Positions 49,301-61,208 of a stretch of DNA of 64,000 nt are shown here, in pieces (position 1 is the stretch's first letter; every line of letters starts with the position of its first letter). The stretch is from Thermoanaerobaculia bacterium (lineage in GTDB: Bacteria; Acidobacteriota; Thermoanaerobaculia; Multivoradales; JAGPDF01). The DNA lies in the NCBI GenBank assembly GCA_039932315.1, contig JBDTQG010000009.1:3969-67968 (forward strand), in the 5' to 3' direction. Both the position numbers and the translations under genes were made by a program. The notes beneath the pieces are model-generated. The model worked only from the letters and a program-made list of their open reading frames with translations. It did not search any database and was not told the DNA's origin.

Positions 49301-49553
49301 CGTGGGTGTCGAAGGACTGGTGACGGCCTGGGGGCCGCTGAACTTTGTGCTGCGACGGACCGGCGGGATGTTGCACGTCGAGATCGGCGAACTGGCGCGC
49401 TGGCCCGAAGGGGGCATCACGCTGCTCGCCCCGGGTACCGAAGCCGTGAGAATCGAGCGCCTGCCGGTCAAGCTCGACCTACCCTGGAAGGAATCGCAGG
49501 CCTGGACGGGCGCGCCGGATGCGCGTCCGGGACACGCGTCGGGAGATGAATGA
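46314..49553 (+). CDS. Secreted 1079-aa multidomain putative glycoside hydrolase (N-terminal CBM-like beta-sandwich + F5/8 type C discoidin-like domain + C-terminal six-hairpin (alpha/alpha)6-like domain); family unassigned
   Basis: GTGA overlap with the permease stop, and a signal peptide (LLGALTGLALFATGIHAAEA). Discoidin-like segment NAASRAIDGAPSTAWRTDEP...FLRLTV. The C-terminal part has a GH15-reminiscent SRAYARSWIRDGALTGTALL plus ENDSHGELIHL and ESISHEGYSAKAMHSYWDDIWA. I cannot place it in a CAZy family. Confidence 0.45.
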   Translation: MIGRFAVRRLLGALTGLALFATGIHAAEASASAAGDSRTSGLLDAPAWISAPSDGVELAIVPAIDDRGQPALRLDYDFHGHAGWAAARRPLRFVLPPNYEIAFRFRFEGATNHLEVKLIDAGGENVWWNVRRDVEPTPAFAARRIARSALSFAWGPSSAPLVEISAIELAITASQGGRGSLWLSDFELRERPPVAPYAGTPTARASSETPGNAASRAIDGAPSTAWRTDEPRATLIVDFGRSRELGGLTLHWLLPPAALSVELSDDGLTFHEAGEEASAPRAGALRNDLRMPDTETRFLRLTVSRASGVAGIALAELDVRPLDFGATANDFVRRIAAESPRGSYPRAFTEGSLWTVVGVDGAAGDDEEALVSEDGVVEAGERSFSLEPFFDDGRSLQGWNESAEKRSLLDGDLPVPTIVRSIAGGELAITALASGDVGRSRTLVRYLLTASPERPLRGRLILAIRPFQVDPPQQFLNVAGGVSPIRSVVCPTAANAALILDGKRRLRTFPPADDCTVAAFAEPGIVEHWHRGGTKPGTPFSAAPSSLAVEDPQGLASGALEWTIDLAPGGRREIVVALPFAARSAENGALDPPDFDAAMAQERERWRGRLDRVRLLLPKSEEELGRAARSSLAYILVHRDGLAIQPGSRAYARSWIRDGALTGTALLRAGLADVAEGFAEWFSAHQFDDGKVPCCVDRRGADPVPENDSHGELIHLIAEVYRTTGDRAFAERQFPHVERAVDYLERLRQTRRTALFTRPEKQAFFGLLPESISHEGYSAKAMHSYWDDIWADVGFSDAAELAAGLDRPELAQQWRAQGAEFRADLLASIARVRAAHSIDYIPGCAELADFDATSTTIALDPGRLESLLPRAALEATFERYWRELSGRRSGAADWSGFTPYEMRQIGAFVRLGWRDRAADLVDYFLTVRQPPEWNQWPEVVRRDMRSMEFLGDLPHGWVASDFLRSLFDLFAYERRSDRTLVVAAGIPSRWLASGESVGVEGLVTAWGPLNFVLRRTGGMLHVEIGELARWPEGGITLLAPGTEAVRIERLPVKLDLPWKESQAWTGAPDARPGHASGDE

Positions 49554-51961
49554 AGATGAATGAAGTCGCTGAAGTTCTGGATCGCTACGGCCGTTTCTCG
49601 GAAGACGGCAGCGAGTACCGGATCACGGACTGGCGGACACCGCGGCCGTGGATCAACCTGATCTCGAGCCCGCGCGCCGGCCTCGCCGTTTCTCAGACCG
49701 GCAGCGGTTTTTCCTGGATCGACAACTCACAGCTCGGTGCGATCGTGCGCTGGCAACAGGAGCTCACCGAGGATCGCTCGGGCCGGTTTCTATATCTGCG
49801 GGACACCGAGAGCGGCCTGCTGACGTCTCTCGCGCCTTCACCGTGCTCGCCCGCCTACGACTCCTTCGTCTGCCGGCACGGCCTCGGATATACGACGTTC
49901 GAGTGCGAAATCTCCGGACTGGCGACACGCTGGACGCTGTTCGTCGATGCTGACGAAACTGCGGAGATGTGGAGCGTCGAGGTCGAGAATCGCAGCGGCC
50001 GGCATCGAGCGCTCGAGCTCGCTGCGGTTCTCGAATGGAACTGCGGGACGTCGCCCGCGCCGCGGCGCGAATTCCAGAAACTCTTTCTCGAGACGGAGCT
50101 CGTCTCGCCCGGCCGCAGCGAACGTCGCGAACGGACGGCGATCGTCGCCGGAAATCACATGTGGGATGTCGGGTCTCCGCGTTGGGGACACTGGAACCGT
50201 TCCTTTCCCTACGTTTCGGCTTTCGCGGCTGCGCAACGTGTCGACCATGCGGAAGGGGACAAGGCCGCGTTTCTCGGGCGGGGCGGGGACTGGAGCCGCC
50301 CGGTGGCGCTGCTGTCGCCGGCGACCTGGCCAGGGCTCTTCGGGCGGCACTACGATCCGATCGCCGCACTTGCCTCGGCGCTCGAACTGGCGCCCGGCGC
50401 CACTTTTCGCGGCGGCTTCGTTCTCGCGACGGACGAGGACCGCGAAGGCGCGCTGGAGCTCGCGTCCCGCTTCACTACGCTCGAAGTCATGGATGCTTCG
50501 CTGCGGAATGTCCGCGAGGGCTGGCGCGCGCGCCTGGCCAACCATCGCATCGCGACGCCGGACGCCGGCCTCAACCGGCTGGCGAACGACTGGCTCCGCT
50601 ATCAGGCGATCTCGGCACGACTCTGGGGGCGCGCCGGCTACTACCAGCAGAGCGGCGCCTTCGGTTTTCGCGATCAACTGCAGGATTCGCAAGTCTGGCT
50701 GCCGATCGAGCCCGATCGCTGCCGCGAGCAGATCCGGCTGCACGCGGGGCATCAGTTCGTCGATGGCTCGGTCGTCCACTGGTGGCATCCGGTGACCGAG
50801 CAGGGGCACGTCACGACGATGTCGGACGATCTCCTCTGGCTCGCTTTCGTCGTCGCAAGCTACATCAAGGAGACCGGCGACCTGACGGTGCTCGACGACG
50901 AGGCTCCGTTCCTCGATGACGCGACGCCCGCGACGGTGGCCGAGCACGTGAACCGCGCGTTCGAACGCGTTTTTCGTCGCACCAGTCCGCGCGGTCTGCC
51001 CTTTATCGGTGCCGGGGACTGGAACGACGGGCTTTCGGCGATGGGTCTCGAGGAGCGCGGCGAATCGGTCTGGCTGGCGCAATTTCTCTCCCTCGTGCTC
51101 GCCGACTGGGCCGTGATCCATCGCCGCCGCGGCGACGAAGTGACGGCCGCCCGCTTCGATCGCCGGCGCCAGAACCTGATCGAGGCGGTCAATCAATTCG
51201 CCTGGGACGGTGCCTGGTACCGCCGCGCGACCCGCGACGATGGCCGTTGGATCGGCAGCGCGGACTGCGACGAGGGGCGGATCTTTCTCAATGCGCAGAC
51301 CTGGGCCATCCTCGCCGACGCCGCGCCCGGCGAGCGCGCGGGAGCCTGCCTCGACGCGGTCGAGAAACACCTCGTCAGCCCGGCCGGCGCACTGTTGCTC
51401 GCGCCGGCCTACTCCCGCGCCGACGAAACGATCGGCTACATCACGCGCTACGCTCCGGGGATGCGCGAGAACGGCGGGGTCTACACCCATGCCGCGACCT
51501 GGGCCATCGCCGCGGCGGCCAAGGGCAGGCGGCCGGCGCTCGTCGAATCCCTGCTCGCCGCGATCAATCCTTCGAACAAGGATCCGGAGCGTTACTGGGC
51601 GGAGCCGTACGTTCTTCCGGGCAACGTCGATGGTCCTGCATCGCCGCTCCACCGTCGCGCCGGCTGGACCTGGTACACCGGATCCGCGGCATGGTTGCCG
51701 CGAGTCATCGACGAGTGGGTGCTCGGCGTTCGACCGACGTGGGAGGGGCTGCTGTTCGATCCCTGTCTGCCACCGAGCTGGCCCAAGGCTGCGTTGACGC
51801 GCAGCTGGCGTGGCGCCGAGCTCGCGATTTCGATCGCCCGACGGCGGGATCTCGCTCCCGGTGCCGCCGAGCTCAGGGTCGACGGAGTGCGGTTCGCGGT
51901 GCCGTTCCTTTCGGCCGTCGAACGCGGCCAGCGCTACGAGATCGAGGTGCACTGCGGATGA
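49550..51961 (+). CDS. GH94-family glycoside phosphorylase (cellobiose / beta-1,2-oligoglucan phosphorylase type)
   Basis: ATGA overlap with the upstream stop. N-terminus GRFSEDGSEYRITDWRTPRPWINLIS. Motifs GFRDQLQDS, IGAGDWNDGLS (catalytic Asp context) and ENGGVYTHAATWAI. The ~800-aa length is typical of GH94. Confidence 0.8.
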   Translation: MKMNEVAEVLDRYGRFSEDGSEYRITDWRTPRPWINLISSPRAGLAVSQTGSGFSWIDNSQLGAIVRWQQELTEDRSGRFLYLRDTESGLLTSLAPSPCSPAYDSFVCRHGLGYTTFECEISGLATRWTLFVDADETAEMWSVEVENRSGRHRALELAAVLEWNCGTSPAPRREFQKLFLETELVSPGRSERRERTAIVAGNHMWDVGSPRWGHWNRSFPYVSAFAAAQRVDHAEGDKAAFLGRGGDWSRPVALLSPATWPGLFGRHYDPIAALASALELAPGATFRGGFVLATDEDREGALELASRFTTLEVMDASLRNVREGWRARLANHRIATPDAGLNRLANDWLRYQAISARLWGRAGYYQQSGAFGFRDQLQDSQVWLPIEPDRCREQIRLHAGHQFVDGSVVHWWHPVTEQGHVTTMSDDLLWLAFVVASYIKETGDLTVLDDEAPFLDDATPATVAEHVNRAFERVFRRTSPRGLPFIGAGDWNDGLSAMGLEERGESVWLAQFLSLVLADWAVIHRRRGDEVTAARFDRRRQNLIEAVNQFAWDGAWYRRATRDDGRWIGSADCDEGRIFLNAQTWAILADAAPGERAGACLDAVEKHLVSPAGALLLAPAYSRADETIGYITRYAPGMRENGGVYTHAATWAIAAAAKGRRPALVESLLAAINPSNKDPERYWAEPYVLPGNVDGPASPLHRRAGWTWYTGSAAWLPRVIDEWVLGVRPTWEGLLFDPCLPPSWPKAALTRSWRGAELAISIARRRDLAPGAAELRVDGVRFAVPFLSAVERGQRYEIEVHCG

Positions 51962-52005
51962 ATCAGCGCTTCTCTCCGCGGCTCGATCTGCCGGGCGCGA
52001 TCGGT

Positions 52006-53352
52006 CTAGACGTCGCTGCCGTTCGAGCGCGCGATGGCCGAATAAGCTCGCGCGCTCGACTTCGGCGTCCGGCGCTGCGTCGCGAAATCGACGTGCACGA
52101 TACCGAAGCGCTTCGCGAAACCGAGACTCCACTCGAGGTTGTCGAGCAGCGACCATGCGAAGTAGCCGCGCACGTCGACACCGGCGGCGATCGCCCGCCT
52201 TACCGCTGCGAGGTGCGAACGGAGATACGCCGTACGCAGCGGATCCTCGACGAGGCCTTCCGTGGCCGTCGGCGGATCGTAGAAGGCGGAGCCGTTTTCG
52301 GTGATGTAGATGGGCGGCGCACTGTAACGCTCATGCACCGCGCGCAGCGTCTCCTCGAGGCCCGCCGGATAGACCTCCCAGTCGGTTTCGGTGTGCGTGC
52401 ACTGGCGCTGCTTCACGCGACTCGCGCCGACGGGCCACGCCGCCGAATCCGCCCGGACGACGCTTCGCGAGTAGTAGTTGATGCCGAGCCAGTCGAGCGG
52501 GGCGCGGATCGCTTCCATGTCGGCGGGAGAGGGTTCGGACCAGGCTTCGCCGTAGATGGCTGCGAGCTCGTCGGGATAACGGCCGAGGAGCAGAGGCTCG
52601 AGGTACTGCCGGTTCATGTAGGCGTCGGCGCGGCGCGCGGCGGAAAGATCCGCCGGCGAATCGCTCGCCGGATGCTTCGGCTCGAGGTTCACCACGACGC
52701 CGAGATTCTTCAGTCCCTGCGCGCGCCCGACGGCGAGAGCGGAGGCGTGCGCCAGCAGGCAGTGGTGCGCAGCCCGTCGCGCGCCGAAAAGCCCGCGGTG
52801 TCCCGGCGCCAGCGTACCGTGCAGGTAGCCGCCGTCGACCACGACCCACGGTTCGTTGAGTGTCGCCCACAGCGCGACCCGGTCGCCGAGCGCGCGGTAA
52901 CAGACTTCCGCGTAGTCGGCGAACCAGCTCGCGATGTCGCGGTTCAGCCAGCCGCCGCGATCCTCGAGCGCCGCGGGCAGGTCCCAGTGATAGAGCGTCG
53001 CCGATGCGGCGATGCCGGCCTCGCCCAGCGCGTCGAGCAGTGCGCGGTAGAAGTCGAGACCGCGCTGATTGACGGCGCCCGTGCCGTCGGGCATCACTCG
53101 CGACCACGAGATCGAGAATCGATACGCCGAAAGACCGAGGTCACGCATCAGCGCTACGTCATCGCGAAAGCGACGGTAATGGTCGCAGGCGATGTCGCCG
53201 GTATCGCCGTCGGCGACTCGCCCCGGGGTGTGCGAGAAGCGATGCCAGATGCTGGCACCGGCGCCGTCGGCGAGCGGCGATCCTTCGATCTGATAGGCCG
53301 CCGTCGCGGCGCCCCAGAGAAAGCCGTCGGGAAATTCGGTGTTGGCAGTCAC
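52006..53352 (-). CDS. GH1 beta-glucosidase
   Basis: FPDGFLWGAATAAYQIEG, TLNEPWVV (acid/base Glu) and YITENGSAF (nucleophile Glu). The start is set at GTG 53352, because the track's ATG 53436 would overlap the divergent gene. The start is uncertain. Confidence 0.9.
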   Translation of the reverse strand: MTANTEFPDGFLWGAATAAYQIEGSPLADGAGASIWHRFSHTPGRVADGDTGDIACDHYRRFRDDVALMRDLGLSAYRFSISWSRVMPDGTGAVNQRGLDFYRALLDALGEAGIAASATLYHWDLPAALEDRGGWLNRDIASWFADYAEVCYRALGDRVALWATLNEPWVVVDGGYLHGTLAPGHRGLFGARRAAHHCLLAHASALAVGRAQGLKNLGVVVNLEPKHPASDSPADLSAARRADAYMNRQYLEPLLLGRYPDELAAIYGEAWSEPSPADMEAIRAPLDWLGINYYSRSVVRADSAAWPVGASRVKQRQCTHTETDWEVYPAGLEETLRAVHERYSAPPIYITENGSAFYDPPTATEGLVEDPLRTAYLRSHLAAVRRAIAAGVDVRGYFAWSLLDNLEWSLGFAKRFGIVHVDFATQRRTPKSSARAYSAIARSNGSDV

Positions 53353-53404
53353 GCGTTGGGAATCGACTCGACAGCGGGGAGCACGGACGTGAGAATCTAA
53401 CACT

Positions 53405-54523
<1,119 letters not shown>

Positions 54524-54734
54524 GCTTTCTCGCCAGGCGCTTGCGCGTACTGGTCATGAGAACCTTTATCGCTTCCTCCCGCCGCCGTTTCCAGCCGTGG
54601 ATCGCAGCACGCGTACACCGGCGCGGAGGTCGCTCTCTACGGTTCGCTTTTCTCGAACGGGTTCGATCGCGGCGTGATCGAAGTCTGGTCGTCCTCGGCG
54701 CCCTGAACGGTCGTGGACGAAGTGGACATGCGCT

Positions 54735-56288
54735 TCAGGCGCCCGAGTCGCCGGGCGTGTGCTCGCCGAAAACGGAACGCAACGTGTCGGCGATCTCGCC
54801 GAGGGTCGCGTCGGCGCGCACGCAGTCGACGATCGCCGGCATGAGGTTCTGGGTCGTCGACGCCGCCCTGCGCAGCGCATCGCGCGCGCTCGCCACTCGG
54901 TCCGTGTCCCGCGCAAGGCGGAACTCGCGCAAGCGCTCGATCTGCCGCGCCTCCGCCTCCGGGTCGATGGCGAGCGCCTCGGCCGGAGTTTCCGATTCGG
55001 TCTCGAAACAGTTCACACCGACGACGCGGGCATCGCCGCTTTCGACACGACGCTGAAAGATGTAGGCCGCTTCGGCGATCTCGTCCTGCTGGAAACCGCG
55101 CTCGAGGGCGGCAAGTGCGCCGCCCATCTCATCGATGCGCGAGATGTATCTGCGGGCCTGAACGACGATCTGGTCGGTGAGCGCCTCGATCGCCCAGCTG
55201 CCGCCGAGCGGGTCGGTGATCCGGGCGACGCCGCTCTCGTGAGCGATGACCTGCTGGGTGCGGAGAGCGAGCCGCGCCGAATCCTCGGTCGGCAGGCCGA
55301 GCGCTTCGTCACGCGAATTGGTGTGCAACGACTGGGTTCCGCCGCAGATCGCGGCGAGCGCCTGGATGGCGACCCGTACGACGTTGTTGTCCGGCTGCTG
55401 CGCGGTGAGCGTCGAGCCCGCCGTCTGTGTGTGAAAGCGCAGCCAGAGTGAGCGCTCGTCCCGCGGAGAGTAGCGTTCACGCAGAAGCTCGGCCCAGAGC
55501 CGGCGCGCCGCGCGGAACTTCGCTACCTCCTCGAGAAAATCGTTGTGCGCGTTGAAGAAGAACGACAATCGAGGCGCGAACTCGTCGATCTTGAGCCCGC
55601 GCGCAAGCGCAGCGTCGACGTAGGCCAGCGCGTGGGCCAGAGTGAACGCGACCTCCTGCACCGCGGTCGAGCCGGCTTCGCGCATGTGGTAGCCGGAGAT
55701 CGAGATCGGATTCCATTTCGGTACCCGTTCGGCGCAGAAAGCGATGACGTCCGTGGCGAGGCGCATCGAGGGCGCCGGGGGATAGATGTACGTCCCGCGC
55801 GCGGCGTACTCCTTGAGGATGTCGTTCTGCACCGTGCCGCCGAGGCTCTCCCAGGCGACGCCGTGCTCTTCGGCAACGACGAGATAGAGCGCAAGGAGGA
55901 TCGGTGCGGTGGCGTTGATCGTCATCGATGTCGTCACGCGATCGAGCGGAATCTCGGCGAACAGACGGCGCATGTCGGCGATCGAATCGATCGCTACGCC
56001 GACGCGGCCCACTTCGCCGCGGGCGAGCGCGTGATCGCTGTCGTATCCGATCTGTGTCGGCAGATCGAACGCGACGGAGAGACCGCTGGTCCCCTGCGCG
56101 AGCAGATAGCGGTAACGGCGATTCGATTCCGCGGCGTCGGAGAAGCCTGCGTACTGCCGCATCGTCCACAGCCGGCGCTGATACATCTCGCGGTAGATGC
56201 CGCGCGTGAAAGGAAACGCGCCGGGCTCGCCGACGTGTTCGGCGAGCTGTTTTTCGTCGACGTCCCGCGCGCTGTAAACCGCCGCCAT
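54735..56288 (-). CDS. Methylmalonyl-CoA mutase-family large (catalytic TIM-barrel) subunit, without a fused B12-binding domain
   Basis: ATG 56288, in frame with track ORF 54735..56783. Motifs [56 protein letters not shown] and GRVGVAIDS. The protein ends after about 517 aa, and no B12-binding subunit gene is adjacent. Confidence 0.85.
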   Translation of the reverse strand: MAAVYSARDVDEKQLAEHVGEPGAFPFTRGIYREMYQRRLWTMRQYAGFSDAAESNRRYRYLLAQGTSGLSVAFDLPTQIGYDSDHALARGEVGRVGVAIDSIADMRRLFAEIPLDRVTTSMTINATAPILLALYLVVAEEHGVAWESLGGTVQNDILKEYAARGTYIYPPAPSMRLATDVIAFCAERVPKWNPISISGYHMREAGSTAVQEVAFTLAHALAYVDAALARGLKIDEFAPRLSFFFNAHNDFLEEVAKFRAARRLWAELLRERYSPRDERSLWLRFHTQTAGSTLTAQQPDNNVVRVAIQALAAICGGTQSLHTNSRDEALGLPTEDSARLALRTQQVIAHESGVARITDPLGGSWAIEALTDQIVVQARRYISRIDEMGGALAALERGFQQDEIAEAAYIFQRRVESGDARVVGVNCFETESETPAEALAIDPEAEARQIERLREFRLARDTDRVASARDALRRAASTTQNLMPAIVDCVRADATLGEIADTLRSVFGEHTPGDSGA

Positions 56289-56469
56289 TGCGAGCTCGGC
56301 ACCACTTCTCGAGAGCACAGGTTCGGCCTTCTTGTGCGGCTTTCCGGAGTCGTTCACGCGAGCGATTGTAGCGCCGTGCAGCGCTCGAATCCGGGCTCGA
56401 AAAGGGCCTTTTTGGAAGCTCCGAAAAAAGCCGGCCGGGACAAGGGCTAGGGGGTGAAGTCGGGGTCGG

Positions 56470-56485
56470 CCACAATATCTTGCGG
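56470..56485. promoter_or_regulatory. Single NrdR-box-like palindrome (CCACAATATCTTGCGG) upstream of nrdJ
   Basis: 12/16 matches to the remembered NrdR consensus acaCwAtATaTwGtgt. A TTGACA hexamer follows at 56493-56498. I found no convincing second box at the usual ~31-bp spacing. Confidence 0.3.
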
Positions 56486-56688
56486 AAACCCCTTGACAGG
56501 AACGTAACATCTGCCGCACACTCTGGCACTCGGAAAACTGCACAGAGGATTGGGCAGGGACGCCGAATGGCGAGTGGGGTAGCGAGCTTCGCCATGGGTA
56601 GAGGCGGTTGGAATCGGCGAAGCGGGTTTCACGGCGCCGGGTGGGTGAGCGGAATGCGGGCGGCGAGACGAAACGAGCGAGGAGCGGC

Positions 56689-59565
<2,877 letters not shown>

Positions 59566-59630
59566 AGGTGAAGCACTAAATACGCACGCAACGGGTAATT
59601 CAGCCCGATGCCATAGAGGAGGCTATCAAC

Positions 59631-59702
59631 ATGGCCACCAAGAAGGCGGCGAAGAAGCCTGCCAAGAAGGCAGCAAAGAAGGCCACGAAGAAGAAGAAGT
59701 AG
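59631..59702 (+). CDS. Candidate micro-ORF encoding a 23-aa Lys/Ala-rich peptide (MATKKAAKKPAKKAAKKATKKKK)
   Basis: It is below the ORF-track size cutoff and was read directly. ATG 59631 is preceded by AGAGGAGG, with the GGAGG core ending 9 nt upstream. The stop is TAG 59700-59702. An intrinsic terminator follows about 80 nt downstream. Confidence 0.45.
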   Translation: MATKKAAKKPAKKAAKKATKKKK

Positions 59703-59780
59703 CCACGCCGGCGCCTCTGGCGCCGTCCTACACTTTCCGGGCGCTCGTCGCCTGGCATCTGCTTCTGGTTTGTACCCACT

Positions 59781-59812
59781 GAGCCTGGCCGTGAGGCCTC
59801 GGCTCTTTTTTT
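59781..59812 (+). terminator. Rho-independent terminator
   Basis: GAGCC-T-GGCC [GTGA] GGCC-TC-GGCTC stem-loop (59781-59805), followed by TTTTTTT (59806-59812). Confidence 0.7.
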
Positions 59813-59841
59813 CTTGGGGCGAGATCGCTATTCTGTGGTCC

Positions 59842-60426
59842 ATGAAGTCTCCCGTTCCGACAGCACCTCACCGTTTTCTCCCGGACTTTCGCTTTGCGAC
59901 GTTTGGCCTCGTTCTGCTGACTCTTGCGGGCGTCGGGTTGCACCTCGGATGTTCCCGTCCCGGCACGAACGGAGGTGCTTCGGCCGGCGCGGGGGGGTCC
60001 GCAGGAATCCTCACGCCGATGCCGGAGTTCAAGCTCGCTTCGCTCGGAGGCGACACCTTCACCAAGGCCGACTTCGCCGGCCGCGTGGTGCTCTTCGACT
60101 TCTGGGCCACATGGTGCGGACCGTGCCACCTGCAGGCCGATGTGCTGCGGGATCTCTATCCCGATGCGGCGAAGAAGGGCTTCGAGTTCGTTGCCGTCGC
60201 GACGGGCGAAGAGGTCGGAGTCGTGCGGGATTTCGTCAGCAGGAAGCCGTTTCCCTATGCCGTTTTCGTCGATCCGGAGGAAACGGTCGGCGCCCCCCTC
60301 GAGATCAACGCGCTGCCGACGCTCCTGATCATGGATGCGCAGGGCCGCATCGCCTATCGCCACACCGGAGTCACCGATGCCGCGGCGATTCTCTCCGCGC
60401 TCGATGCGGCGGCTTCGCGGACGTAA
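59842..60426 (+). CDS. TlpA-family thiol:disulfide oxidoreductase lipoprotein (thioredoxin fold)
   Basis: ATG 59842. Lipobox-like LHLGCS. Motifs VVLFDFWATWCGPCHLQ (WCxPC) and INALPTLLIMDAQGRI. Confidence 0.8.
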   Translation: MKSPVPTAPHRFLPDFRFATFGLVLLTLAGVGLHLGCSRPGTNGGASAGAGGSAGILTPMPEFKLASLGGDTFTKADFAGRVVLFDFWATWCGPCHLQADVLRDLYPDAAKKGFEFVAVATGEEVGVVRDFVSRKPFPYAVFVDPEETVGAPLEINALPTLLIMDAQGRIAYRHTGVTDAAAILSALDAAASRT

Positions 60427-60434
60427 AGCCGGGC

Positions 60435-61004
60435 TTGGAGCAGCTCTCCCTTCTCAGCCTCTTCGAACGGCCCGAGTGTCGGCGGCGCCCGAAACCTCTG
60501 CCGTCCGCCCGTTCGATCGCTGCGCTCGAACGCCTGGCGGTAGTTCGATTGCGACCCTTGCGGAAGCTCCGCTGGGCGTGCCCGCGCAAAGTAAAGGTTG
60601 TCTTCAATGGACGGCTGCGGAGCTCTCTCGGGCGAGCTGACTTCTCGCGCGCGACGATCGAGCTCAATCCGCATCTCCTCGACCGCAATCCCGCCGAGCT
60701 CCTGCCGACGCTGCTCCACGAGCTCGGACATCTAGCCGCCGGCCCGCGTGCCGGTCACGGTTCGAAGTGGAAGGCGATGATGCAGGCGCTCGGCGAACCC
60801 CCGACCGTCTGCCACTCGCTCGACACTTCGCATCTGCGGCGCCGGCGCCGCCTCTGGCTCTGGCGCTGTGTCTCCTGCGCCGCGGTCTATCCGCGACATC
60901 ATCGCGGTGCGCGACGGTATCGCTGCAGCGACTGCGGCGGCCGTCTGAAGGTCGTGGCCGAAGCGCTCGCCGGCGAAAATGCAGCGGCTGAAAAGCGGAG
61001 CTGA
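60435..61004 (+). CDS. SprT-like zinc metalloprotease-domain protein with a C-terminal zinc ribbon; start uncertain
   Basis: HELGH motif (LLPTLLHELGHLAAG), then CxxC...CxxC (WRCVSCAAVY...YRCSDCGGRL). The start is set at TTG 60435, 9 nt after the TlpA stop, because no ATG is available. Confidence 0.6.
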   Translation: MEQLSLLSLFERPECRRRPKPLPSARSIAALERLAVVRLRPLRKLRWACPRKVKVVFNGRLRSSLGRADFSRATIELNPHLLDRNPAELLPTLLHELGHLAAGPRAGHGSKWKAMMQALGEPPTVCHSLDTSHLRRRRRLWLWRCVSCAAVYPRHHRGARRYRCSDCGGRLKVVAEALAGENAAAEKRS

Positions 61005-61017
61005 GCCCGAGGCAGGA

Positions 61018-61178
61018 GGGCGGCTCCGGAGAGCGATACTCGCAACGAAAAGGGCGGCTCCGGAGAGCGATAATTCACAACGAAAAGGGCGGCTCCGGAG
61101 AGCGATAGTTCATAACGAAAAGGGCGGCTCCGGAGAGCGATAATTCATAACGAAAAGGGCGGCTCCGGAGAGCCGCCC
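61018..61178. repeat. Tandem 34/35-bp repeat, 4 full copies plus a terminal copy that completes a perfect hairpin
   Basis: Copies are at 61018-61051, 61052-61086, 61087-61121 and 61122-61156. The unit is GGGCGGCTCCGGAGAGCGATAATTCAYAACGAAAA with a few substitutions and one indel. The last unit (61157-61178) reads GGGCGGCTC-CGGA-GAGCCGCCC. Confidence 0.9.
61149..61178 (-). terminator. Rho-independent terminator of the OmpA-like gene
   Basis: On the minus strand, a 9-bp perfect stem GGGCGGCTC/GAGCCGCCC with a 4-nt loop is followed by TTTTCGTT. It starts 31 nt after the OmpA-like stop (61209-61211). Confidence 0.6.
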
Positions 61179-61208
61179 TGAAGGTGGGGTCTTGCTGTCG
61201 TGTTGGGA

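Noticed and set aside
49838-52156. 772-aa ORF antisense to the GH94 phosphorylase gene
   Set aside because: It is a shadow ORF with Arg/Pro/Ala-rich composition and no recognisable domain. The plus strand carries GH94 motifs.
54637-54729. 30-codon ORF (MSTSSTTVQGAEDDQTSITPRSNPFEKSEP) directly after the mutase stop
   Set aside because: It has no ribosome-binding site and no recognisable features. It lies in a convergent terminator gap. Sequence alone cannot distinguish it from chance.
56380-56400. tRNA T-arm-like string gcgctcgaatccgggctcga
   Set aside because: The flanks do not form a T stem, acceptor stem or anticodon arm. No tRNA cloverleaf can be drawn.
56289-56688. Cobalamin riboswitch upstream of nrdJ or of the B12-dependent mutase
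   Set aside because: I could not find the conserved B12-box/GCCACTG core or the characteristic GGGAA...GGTG...TCC pattern on either strand. This needs an Infernal scan to be certain.
61018-61178. Possible CRISPR array (regularly spaced 21-nt repeats)
   Set aside because: The 13-14-nt 'spacers' are nearly identical to each other and far too short. The period is 35 bp and there are no cas genes. It is a simple tandem repeat derived from a terminator.
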